Assembly: GCA_016748015.1 (NCBI GenBank)
Contig: JAAOMT010000414.1
Location: forward strand, 276,481-340,480
Source: Geosiphon pyriformis uo1
Taxonomy: Eukaryota; Fungi; Glomeromycota
Direction of reading: 5' to 3'
Length of the DNA: 64,000 nt
Shown here: positions 27,299-39,919 of the stretch, piece after piece
Layout of the letters: every line of letters begins with the position of its first letter
Numbering within the stretch: position 1 is the first letter of the stretch
Made by a program: the position numbers and the translations under genes
Notes under the pieces: generated by a model
Seen by the model: only the letters and a program-made list of their open reading frames with translations
What the model was told of the DNA's origin: nothing
Databases searched by the model: none

Positions 27299-29680
27299 TT
27301 TTTTTTTAATATTTTATGAATAAAATTTAAATACAACTTAATATAATATATTAAATTAAGTAATTTAAACTAAGTATAAATTATGTTTTTACTATATATT
27401 CCAGTTATTTAAGTCAATTTAGACAATATTATGTCTTTATATAAACAAAAATCATATTATTAATATTAAAAAAATATAAATATAAAGTATATATATCAAA
27501 ACTAATACTAAAATTCTTAGTTATACTAAACAATTTAATAATATCTTATAATAGCACAACTAAGAGATTACAGATAAAAAAAACACCAAATTATTTAATA
27601 AAATCAAATTCAGTTTTTTTATAATAATATAATATTTAAAACAGATTAGTTATATTTTATTTTTATAAACAAAAACCAAATTATACATAAAACTTATAAT
27701 TTTATTAATAGCAATTTTAAAGTCCTTAAAAACAAAGAAAAATTTTAAATACTAATCCCTAAAAACAAAACTTTTATATAAAACAATATATATTATAATA
27801 TTAAATAAACCTAATAACAACAATTAAGATATACTAAAGAGAAATTCTTACATAATAACCTAAAAATTTAACATAGTTTTATAAACAACAGAGTCTATTA
27901 TACAAAAAAAAATGATCAAAAAATTTTATATTATTACAAAACAGATACAACATATTATAATAATATTTATTATATAGATACTTATATATAGTTACAGATA
28001 ATTAATAATATAAGGTTTTTATAAAGTATAAATAAGTACTAATACTAATTCAACTTATATAACCAGTAATTATATAAAAATTCAAATGCTATACTTAAAA
28101 AAAACAAATTTAATTCATATTTCTAATCAGACTTCAATACAAAACTTTTATCTTATAACTAATTTTTCAATAAACTTAATACACAATCTAAAATATTTTA
28201 CAAATAAAATGTTTTATATTTTCAAAAATACATAAATTATTAGTTTTTAAAATTTTTTTTTAAATAATAGCTAACAGTATCATGTTTGAAAAAAATATAG
28301 CTCTAATTAACTTATTAGTTTTATTATTATTTAAAATTCCAAAATAATTCTTATCTTTAATCCAAAACACAATTAGTTTTTTTTCTTAATAATATTTATA
28401 ATATAATGTTATTTTATTTAACAATAGTTATAAAAATTAAATAAAACTAAAACCACTTTCAAAAAGCATATATTTTAAACTGTTTAACTGTTTAAAAATA
28501 TTGTAATTATACAGAAAAAAAAAACACACTCCAAAGTTAATACAATAATCTGTAACTTAATTATAATAAACAAAAACAAATTAAAAACTTTAACTTCAAT
28601 ACTTAAATCCAAATTATTAAAAAATACTATAGTATTAGCTCTTATATTTATTAAATCTAAATTTTTCAAAAAGCCATTAGTATAAACAAAAAAACATAAA
28701 TAATTGACATTTAACAACTTATTATATATTTGACAAAATTTATCTAAACTTAAAACATTTAAAAATTAAGTATCTACCATAAAAAAAAAGATATTTGAAG
28801 ATTTGCTAAAACATTTAAATACACAACTGTCAAAACAAATTAGGTAAAAACTAGTTTATAAAACTCTAGTAATTTTCAATATTAAAAGTTTTTTTAATTA
28901 AGGATTTTATCTTTTTTATTATACAACTGTTTAATAAAAGCAATATCAAAATGCTTAAATAAATATTAAATATTAAAAAAGACAAAATTACCAAAAACCA
29001 TAAACATTAAAGTATTTTTAATAAATATAAACATTAAAAACAAAGTATTATTCAGAAACAAATTATGACTATAAAAAATTCTAAACACACTAGCCAAAAA
29101 ATTGTTGATCAGATTAATATTAAAACAAATAAAAAAAAACAAAAAATAATAAAAGATTAATTTAATACTTAAAGATTCAAAAATTTATGATTAAACAAAC
29201 AGCTTACAATATTACCAATATTCGAAAAACACAAAATAGAAGCCAACTTGTACTCAGTTTGTATTTGTTTAAAAGACTTTAAATTATAGAAAGAAAAGTA
29301 ATAAATTATATTACTTAAAAAGTTTAAGAGCAAACCAGTTTTTAATTTTTAATTTTTCTAAATTAAAGTGTTTTATTTATTATATATACTAATCAAAATA
29401 AAGCTAAATTGAGTTTTATAATTAATAATAAGATATAAAACTATTAAAACTAAATAAAAAAATTGTTATTAGTTATAATTACTATTTTATTATTATTAAT
29501 TAAAATATTATTAATTCAAAAAAAATTATCTGCAATATTTAAATATATTAGATTATAGCTTAATTACATTTTATTCAAATTGTATTATTAATAAAAATAC
29601 TAATATTAAAAAATAATATCAGATTTGTTTAAGCTTCAATCTATTCAGTTTTAGTCACAAACTTAGAATTAATTCTGTAT
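27299..29680 (-). mobile_element. 5'-truncated, heavily AT-decayed LINE copy 4 (RT end, RNase H, 3' UTR)
   Basis: ORF 28484-28717 (FVYTNGFLKNL..IIKLQIIVLTLEC) is a decayed RNase H; a degenerate 3' UTR lies at 27315-27430. Confidence 0.8.
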
Positions 29681-29862
29681 TTGCTGTTATTAAAAGTTTT
29701 TGGTCTCTTTTTTTATATGTTATTAATGTTGTTTTGCTGTTAATTCTTAATTATTGAAAGCTAGTAAACTTTTAATAACTGAATTTATCTCCAATTATTT
29801 CTTATAATTTGAATTGCTGAACTTATATGTGGAATGACCAATTTTATATCAGTTATTTATAT

Positions 29863-30601
29863 TGTTACGGTTGAAACCCATAATTTTTATTAGTTATCAC
29901 ATGTATTAGTCACTGATGTCATATAATTAGCCACTCTATTTTTAAATAGTAATCATTGACCTGATCAATGACCTGACTGTTGATTTGATTATTAACCTGA
30001 TCATTGACCTGATTAATGACCTGATTGTTGACCTAATCATTGACTTAATTATTGACCTAATCGTTGACCTGGTCATTGACTATTTTCAATAGCTATATAA
30101 GCAATGAGTCTCTTAGTTGTAAAAAATCATTTCTCAGACAAGAATCAAATAAATAAAAATAACAACTTTCATCTCAATCACTCTCTTATTGCTAATTTCC
30201 CTTTCCTTACCTTCAAGTATCTGAACATCTTAGAATAAAAAATTACTTGTTGGCCTTTTCCTGACATATATAATTGTAGCATTTGAAAATTATTTGAATA
30301 AATGTGACTGAAAAGCACAAGTTGATACCTGATATTGAATTCTAAGAGCGCCAATGTAAGGCATAGAATTATACCAGTAGTAATCAATTGTTGACAGTAC
30401 GGACTATCCCTCTACTTTCAGATTCCCCAGTTACCTTTGAAAAGAATAGCGACTGAGATATTTTATGAGACTGATCTCGCACATTGAATCCATACTCATT
30501 CAATTCACTCTTTAAAGTTGAATTTCCCTTTGATTATTTCCATTACCCTACAATCCTGTTCTCCCTTGCTATCTGTTAGTTTATTACTCCAATCCGTAAC
30601 A
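29863..30601. mobile_element. Solo LTR (739 bp) with 4-bp TSD ATAT
   Basis: Termini TGTTACGG...CCGTAACA form an 8-bp inverted repeat. ATAT lies at 29859-29862 and 30602-30605. Internal tandem array, TATATAA at ~30094 and AATAAA at ~30148. The empty homologous site is visible at ~63056. Confidence 0.88.
29953..30082. repeat. 12-bp tandem repeat (~11 copies, consensus TCATTGACCTGA) inside the solo LTR
   Basis: Direct reading: tcattgacctga tcaatgacctga ctgttgatttga ttattaacctga tcattgacctga ... Confidence 0.9.
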
Positions 30602-32299
30602 ATATAGTTACTTTGCAATAAAAGTCAATTTTTTTTCAAAAATTGCTTATTTAGAAACTTAATAAAAATATGTAGTTATTTTGCTGTAAAAATCAACTTT
30701 TTTACAGAAATTTTGTTTATAGACTATCTTAATATATATAATAAAAAAAATATAAAAAATATAAAAAAAATAAAAATTTGTTAAGAGAAATGTTTTCTGT
30801 TTAGGCTTAAAGTTACTAATAAATTACTAAAATTGGTAGCTAAATAATTTCAAAATGTTAATTAAGTTTCAAGAAATTTCAAGTATAAATAATTAAAAAA
30901 TTTGAGTTTTTAAAATATTTAATTTTTATTACTGTTTGTAAAAATATGTAAAAAATGATTTTAACTAAGATTGTTATTCTAAAGTAAGATATATTTTCTC
31001 GAGAAAAAAAGCTTTTTTTTTATATAATTTGTTATAATACTAATTTTTAAACTTGCACTTTTTTTTGCTAATATTTCAATAAACTAAAGATATATTTTAA
31101 TAAACTACAAGTTATTTCTATGAACTATAAATTATTTTAATAAGCTATTAAATTATTTTACAAAATTTTACAAATTTTGGCTAATTCTTAAATGTTATAA
31201 AGTTTGGTATACTACATAATCTAATTATTGCAATTTGTGTATTATATAAATTGGATTATTAATTAAATAATAATATTTAATAATTTAATTGTAATAATTG
31301 AAATAATAATAATATATATTAATTAATAATAAAAATTATAATAGTAATTTTATGTTAATTAATGGCTAAAATTTTACTGATAACATAATCTTTTTCTCAA
31401 AACTAAGTTCTATTAAAGTTCAAGTATTATCTATAATATTCAGATAATATCTAAGATTATTAAATTAATTTGGTCTAAAAATTGTTAAAATTTCAGTTCT
31501 GTAAACTTGCCAATGTATTGAATTTTTATTGATTAAAATATTGAATTTTATAAGATGTTTTCACAAGTATTAAATAGATTATAAAGTTTAAAAGCTGTTC
31601 TGAATTTGTAATAAGCATTTGTTGGTCCAATTGTTATCTTAAATTTATTGTGAATTTTTTTTTGTATGGCTTTTGAAATAAGATTGGTTGCTTTGAGTTT
31701 CAGTTTATGTTGGTATAGTGTTTTTTTTAATTTGAAAATATCAATAAATAGAGATATATTCACTGTTTTTTTTAAGAAAAAATTAAAGTTTTTGTTGTAT
31801 TGTAATATTTAAAAAAATTTCAATAAAAGTAAACAGTAAGTTTTCTTTCAAAGCTTGCTTTAGAAGTTCTAATAAGTAACTTTCAAAATAACTTCTTGTA
31901 TTTTTTTTATAAGAATAATAATTCGAATTATTAACTACTAGAGCTGTAATTCTTTTTTAAATGTAATTAATTTGACTTTTATTAATTATTATAAATAAAT
32001 TAGAAAGTGTTTTTAAAGTTAACATTAAGTTTTTGAATGTTTTAAGAAATAAACATTATAAAATTCAAAAAAATAATAATAAAATTTAGTAAAAATAAAA
32101 GAATAAAAAATAATTATTTTTGGTATAATAAGAGTTTTTTTATATATTTTTGGGTTTAAGTATTTTTTAATAATTATTTTACTATTTTTGTTTAAAATTT
32201 TTGTGTTATTTTTAAAAGAATTACTAATATAATTAAATAATTAAATATTCAGATTTGGTTGTTGTTGTATTATAATTATTGGTTTTAAATTTTAGAAAA

Positions 32300-34150
32300 T
32301 ATTTTCGAGATTAATTAAAGAAAAATAGATAATAATTTGTAAAATTAATGTTTTAGAATTAGTTTTAAAGTAATAGTATTTTAATTAATATTTATATACA
32401 ATCTTTGCTAAAATTTTGTTATTAAGTCTTAACTTATATAATTTATTGTCTAAGGCTTTGTGAATATAAAATAGTCTATTCTATTTATAATTGAATTTTT
32501 TATTCTACTGTTTTTTAGATTTAGTTCTGTATAAGAAAACTTTATTTTCAACTTTAAATTTTTTAATAACAGATGGCAGTTTGTTGTTATGCTATTTTTT
32601 TATTAAACTTGAAAATATTTAATATAAGTGCTATAATTTGTTATTTTTTTTTCAAAGTGCTAAGAAAAATATAGACTTTTTATTAAAGTATTTTTTAAAA
32701 GTATTTTTTCATAATTGGTTGTATTAAGTATGTTTTTATTGTAAAATTAATTGGCAATATTGTTGTTTTTCTATAAGTAAAAACAAATAGTATGTGTTTT
32801 ATAATATCTTGTTTTAGTGTTTTATAAACTAGTAACACTAATAAAATAAAGATATTTTATTTTTGCTCAAAATTGATTGAAATTTTGGTTAATAATTCAC
32901 ATAATTTTTAATTAAATTGTTCTATTAATCTATTTATTTATGAGTAATAAGGTAATAATAAAAGTTATTTGATATTGAATTATTTACAAATTTTTTGTAT
33001 TAAGTTGTTTACAAAATGTGTTTCTTGATTGGATAAGAGTTTAATTGGACATCTATATCTACAAATAATATTTTTGTAGAAAACATTTACTACTGATTTT
33101 GTATCTGCTTTTTAAATAGTTCTGGCTTCAGGCCATTTAGTAAAATAATCTACTGTAATATAATATAATAATTTTTTTAAATAGTAATTAGTAGTGATTT
33201 GACTAAATTAATTTTTATTCTATTAAAGAGTTGTCTAACTTTAATTGAATTTAAAAATTTAGTGAAACAAATTCTTTCTCTTTTTTGACAACTATTACAT
33301 AATTTTATGTATTGTTAAATGTTTTATTGTATATAAAGTCAAAAATAATGTTCTAATATTCTTTGAATTGTATTATTATTTTTTAAGTATGCTGATAATA
33401 GATTAATATACATATTGTAAAACATGATTTTTATTTTATTTTCTTGAACTAATTTAAATAAATTAATTGGGTTTCTATAATTTCAATAATAAATTTTGTT
33501 GTAATAAAAAAAATATTGTTTTGATTAGTGTTATAATCAGTGTTTTTTACTTAAAAACCAATTTTTTGATATAGTAAAAGTCTTTAAATAGTTTTTAATA
33601 TTGTTATAGTTTTCAAAATCTATTGTTTATTGATTGTTTATTGTTGTTGAGCTGGTAGATAGTAATAAAATTGGTGTTGGTATTAATTTTGTCTTATTTT
33701 TTAAAGACTATTAACATTAGTATGTAATTTTTTAGATTTGTAATAAACAATATATTTGTAATTGGCTAGAAAATTAGTCCATCAGAATTGTTTGGTACTG
33801 AGTTTAAATTCTTTTTTATTAAGTTATTTGAAGTCAATATTATTGGTAATGATATTAAATTTTTTTCTTTTTTATAAATACTGTTAAAAATATTTAAAAG
33901 TCTAGATAATAACTGCTATTTTTAATTTAGTAGATTTATATTTAAGTTCTGTTGGTTTAAGTGTTTTACTTATATAGACAATTACTTATTTATTGCTATT
34001 GTTATTTAATTATAATAAAATAGCACCAAATACTATGTATAAAGTAATAGTAATTAACTAGAATTGTTTGTTAAAATTGGAATAGATAAGAATTAAAGCT
34101 GTTATCAATTTTTTTTTTAGGATATCAAAGACTTTTTGTTGAATTAGAGT
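32300..34150 (-). mobile_element. Decayed Ty3/Gypsy RNase H + integrase fragments
   Basis: The reverse strand reads VDYFTKWPEA (~33125-33155), CPIKLLSNQETHF (~33015-33055), YIKLCNSCQK (~33285-33315) and RNase H-like YISKTLKPTELKY (~33935-33975). Boundaries are approximate. Confidence 0.7.
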
Positions 34151-34240
34151 TTATTGGTATTAGATGTTGTTATTTAAATAAAAAAACCAATTCAAAAAAT
34201 ATTGAAAAAATATGATTAAAAACGTGATAACTTAGAAAAA

Positions 34241-34350
34241 ACATGATAATACAAAATAACACAAATTAACATATTATAACTCAAAATAATACAAAATAAC
34301 ACACAATAATGTAAAATAGTACAGAATAATTAACCATAACATAAAATAAT
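34241..34350. repeat. 10-bp degenerate tandem repeat (~11 copies, ACAAAATAAY), possibly from a decayed LTR
   Basis: acatgataat acaaaataac acaaattaac atattataac tcaaaataat acaaaataac acacaataat ... Confidence 0.7.
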
Positions 34351-34541
34351 TAGTTATAAAATAAAAAAATAAAACAACAACAGAAATAATGAATAATAGT
34401 TAGTAATAACAAATAATTAAAAACAATTTTATAAAACCAGAAATATGTATAAAAACAAGTAGTTTTAACAGGAAAAAAAAAACAGACAAATAAAAAAAAC
34501 AAAATATATTCTTCTTCTTATATTTTTTAAATTTATCTTAC

Positions 34542-36829
34542 TTTTTTTTATTAAAGTTTAATAAGCAAGGCCCAACTACTATCTACTACAATATGACCAC
34601 ATAGAATCTTAAAATAGATGTGGCTTATGTATTTTCTATATGTAACCAGCTACTTGAGCCAGTTCAGGCTATACTATATTAATTTACTAGAAGAAAACTT
34701 ACTCAAAGACAACATTTTTTGAACAACAAGAAACAAAGTTGCATTGCAAGAAACCAATCCAACCAGTCATTTGGCTGTCTTTAAGGCATTAGCTTTAACA
34801 TCAATAGCCTCATGTTCCCAAAGGAACATCAAGTTAAAAAACACTTCATCATCAAACCAACTGAGTGCTCTGAATTACTAAACATATCAATATCCTTTAT
34901 ACAGCACTCTTTTTTTAAAGAAACCATTTCTCTTCCCAACTTACCAACAATTTTACTAAAAGTACCCAAATGTACTATAACCTCATTGACCTTAAAGCCA
35001 AGTTTACTGCTTAAAACCAAATCCCCATTAATAAATTGTTCGAACAATTTGACTAAGAAACCAATTGGTTTAACAATAGACTCAATCAAAACAGAAAGCT
35101 TGACCAAATCAAACTCCACAAAAGCCAACTGAAAAGACATCACAGAATTACTAACAACCATAGAAGGAGAAGTAGGAGTTACCAGAAGAGAAAACTCAGA
35201 AGAATTCAAGGAAGCAGAAGCTTTTGCATAAGAAACACTACTCATAAAATGTGATTTAAACATCTTGGGAGTCTTGGGAGAGGGAGGTAGAGAAACCTTG
35301 CAGTCTACAGCCACATGGCCTATTTCTTGACACCTAAAGCAGTGCTGACAACCAAGAGTTTCCTACCAAATATAGCATTTTCTTAAGATACCAGTTTTGA
35401 CAACTGCAAAGTCTAAATCAACTTGGGAACCAAATATAACCAGAGCAAACCAGAAACAATGACCAGAATCAGGCAAACAAGAAATGAAACAAGTCTGGCC
35501 ACCAACCTAAGAGAGCATATTACTAATCTCGAAGGCAGTATAGTCAGAAAGGAGATTGACCAACTTGGCCTTGAACTGATTACAAAACAAAATTGTTTCA
35601 TTCTAATTAATAAGAGAAAGAATACAAACACTATTTTTGTCCACCAAAATTGACCAGTAAGTAAGAGCAAAGGCAGCAGCATCCAATTCTTTAAAATAAA
35701 CAACCACATATTGCCAAACACTAGCAGGCTTCAGCATAACACAAAAAACTTCACCAAAGACCTCAAAAGCTGACTTAATATCAGCAGCAGACACATCCAA
35801 AGATACATTATACAATACAACAGTAACAGAAGAAGAACCAGACTCAGAAACCACCAAAAACTTGGCAATTTTAAGAGTAGCAAGACAAATAAAGCTTGTA
35901 AACTCAACCAGAAATGCAGCATCCAAAGAACTTTGAAAGGCAAACTTAACACAAAAGAGTTTCATATTGTTCTTAAAAACAGATTTTGCACCCAAAAAAC
36001 CATGTATAGACTGAAAAGCAGTCTTAATATAAGCCAATTTAATCTTAAAAGTAGCACCAAACACTAGAGTGGAGACCACTTACCCAGCAAACCTTTGACA
36101 ACTAGAAATAGTTTCCCAAGCATCACCAGTGACAGCACCAAAAACCAGAGGAGGAAATGATTCAGTTTCTATTTGATTAGTCCAGTTCTCAAAAACAAGT
36201 AACCCAACAGAAAGAGATTGTTTTGCTTCTAAAACTGGCAATGATCTACTGGAAGACACCACATTTGACAATACAGCCAGTGGTTAATCTAGACCCATTT
36301 TAAATGACATGCCGGATAATGCTATAAAGATCTCATTTAAGATTTCATTGGGAACCACAAAAGAGTTTGGTGTAATAATAGCAGAAGCAAGCAACTGCTC
36401 CCACTTTTCTGAACTTTTGGTGTTTTTGACCATTTTTTTTGAAGAAGTGGTGCTAGCAGCACCAGGTGTTGAATCCAAGAAGGGGAAAACCAGCTTATTT
36501 ACTGGTCGATTATTAAAAACTTTTGGGCTCTTAGTTGAAGTAGAGGCAACACTAGGACTAACTCAAATGTGTCTCTTTGAGAGAACTTTGACTGGTGAGA
36601 AACCAGCCAAAGATAAAGAAGTTGCTTTAGTGGTTACCAAAGGCAGCTTTTCATGATTACTGGGTAAAGGAAGACTTCTAAAATATTTTGTCTAATTGCT
36701 TTTATAACAGAAAGAGCTCCTTTGGTTGAATTTTATTAGATATCTCAAAACAGATATCAAGTGCAGCTTTTTACTCTTTGTTCTGGTTATGATCATAAAA
36801 ATAAGAAGACAAAGAGCTGTTGTAATTAT
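34542..36829 (-). mobile_element. ORF1-only non-autonomous retroposon ('half-LINE') copy B, complete, ~2.3 kb, 10-bp TSD
   Basis: One disrupted ORF1-like frame (RRM VVLYNVSLDVSAADIKSAFEVFGEV, knuckle CFRCQEIGHVAVDC, coiled coil) runs straight into the LINE-type 3' UTR (34560-34670) and poly(A). TSD TTTATCTTAC at 34532-34541 and 36830-36839. No APE/RT sequence. Confidence 0.9.
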
Positions 36830-39010
36830 TTTATCTTACTTATATATTTATATTATCTTAAAATAAAAAAATATTTGAAGCCAAAAATTACTTATATATA
36901 ATTTATAGATTCTGTGTTTAAACCAAATTAATTATTTTTTTACTTTTATTCCTAACCAGATGTTTTTAACATAAAAATGTCTTAAATAATAACAGCTTAG
37001 ATTAATTGTTCTTAATTATGATAATTAATAATACTAATTTTTTTAGTTTTATTTTATTTTTATTTTTTTTTATTTATTCTTTAATAAAGCAACAACATTA
37101 GAAAATTGACTGTTTAAAAATAAACTTTGTAATAGCCTGGTAAAAAAAGAAAGCTTTTTCTAAGATTGAATATTAATATTATCTTGTTAGCTTATCAAAA
37201 GAACAAAAAAACACCACCAGATCTTAATAACTGTACTTGGCTAGTTCAAGATAGTTCATATACTTAAGTTGCAAATAGCCAAAACATCTTTCTGTGCTTT
37301 ATAATCAAAGAACTTTATGAGTAAAATTAGCAAAAACTTTTAGAGACTGATATTATTAATTTATTTCAAATGTTTATAGTAAAAACTTTCAAACTCTTTT
37401 ATCTAAAATTAGAACACTAAATGTTACTATCATACTCCAACAAGTTTATCCATAATATTTAGTGCTTTTTGTGAAATTATAAAATTCACAGAGACAGAAC
37501 ACTCAATAAATTCACAAAAATAACAACTATTAAGATTGTAGAAAAAAATCACTTACTTTTTAGAAAAGTCTTATTTTAGCACTTTAGAGAAGATTTAAAA
37601 ATACTATTAAAAATCATTACCACTAAAAGTAATTTTTGTTATTACTTATATATCAAAGTTGACTACTTATTAGACCAAACATTCAATATAAAAAAATTCA
37701 AAGAACAAATTTATCAAAAATTACTAATATATTTAACTACAATTATTCCTTAGATAATAGCCAAGACTTTTTTTATAATTGATAAAAAAATTAAAGAATA
37801 CACAAAAAAACAGTACTCTTAAGTAAAAAAAGACAAATATTAAAACCTAATTCTAAAAAATTTGAGTCAAACTCCAATAATAATAGTATATAAATTACAT
37901 AAAAAAGAGCTATATTTATAGTTAATAAGAAATTAAAATTTTTTTACTAACAACTTCTTCATATTATTAGATTTTTAAAAACAAAATCTTATTCAATTAA
38001 TCTATTAAGCCACAAATAAAAACTCTAAGAACTTCTGAAAATCTGTATTCTTAAGACTATAACCAAAATTTTTGAATTAAATTTTTAAAAAAATACAGAT
38101 CATTGTTTAAAAATTTTATTCCAACAACCAATAAATCCAGCAAAAACACTTTATCTTGAGCATAACTGTTAATATTATCTTTAAATAAATTAACCACTAT
38201 ATTTTTAAGTGAAACAGCTATTCTACAACCTATTGGTCATACTAATAAAGAAAAACAACTAACTACAAACTTAACAAAGCAACCAGATATATCTCCATCA
38301 ATATTCTTGTTGTCAACAATTAAACAAATTTCTATTATTCAGATTATAGTTTACAAAAACATTATCAGACTGAAAAAAATTTTTGATAAAGAAAAAAATA
38401 CATAGATATTGATTATAAAAGCCAAAAAAGTAATCAAAGCCAATAATTAGAACAAAAACAGAACAATTCAAGTCCTACTCTTTTTTTTAACTAAAATTGC
38501 AAACATATGATACCAAAGTTTTAAGAAGAAACCAACTAATTTTTTTGCTTTTAAATTCATTTTTCTACAATATTTCTGTAACTCCAATATACTTATCAGG
38601 CTACAAAATCAGTTTAATATAATAAAACAAAAAGATTACAAGCAGTAACCACTTATTTTGAGTAATTTAATCAAATTTTTTACCAAATTCAGGCAATTAA
38701 AAAAAACTATTATACATCAAAACAAATTTTCAACCGATTTATTAAGAGATTAAAGAGTAATATCTTTTGATTTATTAGACTCTATTATCTTAGTAGCTTA
38801 CAAAAAACTGTAATACTTGTCTATAACTTTGAATTAGCAAAGCAAAAAGCCAATTATACTCAAGTTATTAATTTGGCCATAAACAAAATCTCAAATATCA
38901 ATACAAAGCTTATCTAATTAAGTAAAAAGTTGATTCAAAAAATTCTGAAACTTATCAGCCACTACAACAAAAAAAACAATACCAATAGATATCAACAATT
39001 ACAAAACCAT

Positions 39011-39838
39011 TGTTACAGTTTAAGAATTTAATAGGAATTATAAATAATATAAATTAGCCAATCATAAAATAGCATAGCAACAAGTTATAAAAAAGAAATG
39101 ATTTACAAATAACAGCAAGCACTATTTTACAATAACAGCAAGCACTATTGTACAATAGCAGCAAGCACTATTTCACAATAACAACAAGCACTATTTAGAA
39201 ATAATAGAAATAGAGTATTACAAAACATTATTTTGTAAAACAATAATTATATATATATACAATAGTTTTTAATGATGAAAAATAGAACAAGCTTCAACTA
39301 AAAGCAACAAATATCTAAATAAAATCTTATTCAAAAAGAATTAATAAAAAATAATAATAATAAATTGAATGAACATCACAATTACGAGATTAACAATAGA
39401 ATTCACATACCTTCTTTAGTGAATAAAACTATCATTCTATCTCTGAACTCTTTGAAAAAATAATCCCTGATCAAGATTATTCACATGGTTACTAATTAAA
39501 TTGAAAAAAAAGCTTTATTATATACTTAGGGAAATTGCAAAAAGGCCATTAACATTCTGTGTTTCTAAATTAGAGAAACACATTAGGCAATTGCAAAAAT
39601 AGTCTCAGAAAAGACCCCAGACAGTGGATAGATTTCAGATTAGCTTCTGGGAAGGAATACACAACATACAAAGACAATTAGAATTAAAGAGAAAACTTAC
39701 ATTACAACAACAAAAAAAACCTTTAGTACATCATCATTAATATCCAATACATAAAATAAAAGAATTCACGAGAGACTGATTGCAATTAAAATGGGAGATT
39801 AACAATTAAAATATATCAAGAAAACCACTCCTGTAACA
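39011..39838 (+). repeat. 5' LTR (828 bp; four 23-bp AATARCAGCAAGCACTATTTYAC repeats)
   Basis: Direct repeat of 45947-46752; TGTTACAG...CTGTAACA terminal inverted repeat. Confidence 0.95.
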
Positions 39839-39840
39839 TT

Positions 39841-39853
39841 TGGTGAACTCTAC
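39841..39853 (+). promoter_or_regulatory. Primer-binding site (tRNA not identified)
   Basis: TGGTGAACTCTAC starts 2 nt after the 5' LTR; TGG is complementary to the tRNA CCA end. Confidence 0.7.
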
Positions 39854-39919
39854 AAAGAAAGAAAATCAAAAAAAAATAATAATTAGCAATAATTCATTGC
39901 TAAAAAGGAAGAAACAAAA

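Larger units (their letters stand above)
29681..32000 (-). mobile_element. Decayed Ty3/Gypsy gag-region fragment, same family as 62890-64000, interrupted by a solo LTR
   Basis: 29690-29862 and 30602-31550 are colinear with 62880-64000 and differ mainly by G>A/C>T. The right boundary is approximate. Confidence 0.75.

Noticed and set aside
26610-27300. Extremely AT-rich tract as a centromere/origin element
   Set aside because: It is indistinguishable from end-stage C/G-depleted TE debris seen elsewhere in the window; there is no positive evidence.
39108-39200. 23-bp (and 12-bp, 10-bp) direct repeats as a CRISPR-like array
   Set aside because: The units are contiguous with no unique spacers, lie in LTR/TE DNA of a eukaryote, and no cas genes are present.
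39369-39740. Possible ORF inside the LTR (MNITITRLTIEF..LREIAKRPLTFCV..)
   Set aside because: About five stop positions are shared by both LTRs and there is no recognisable motif; it needs a family consensus before any claim.
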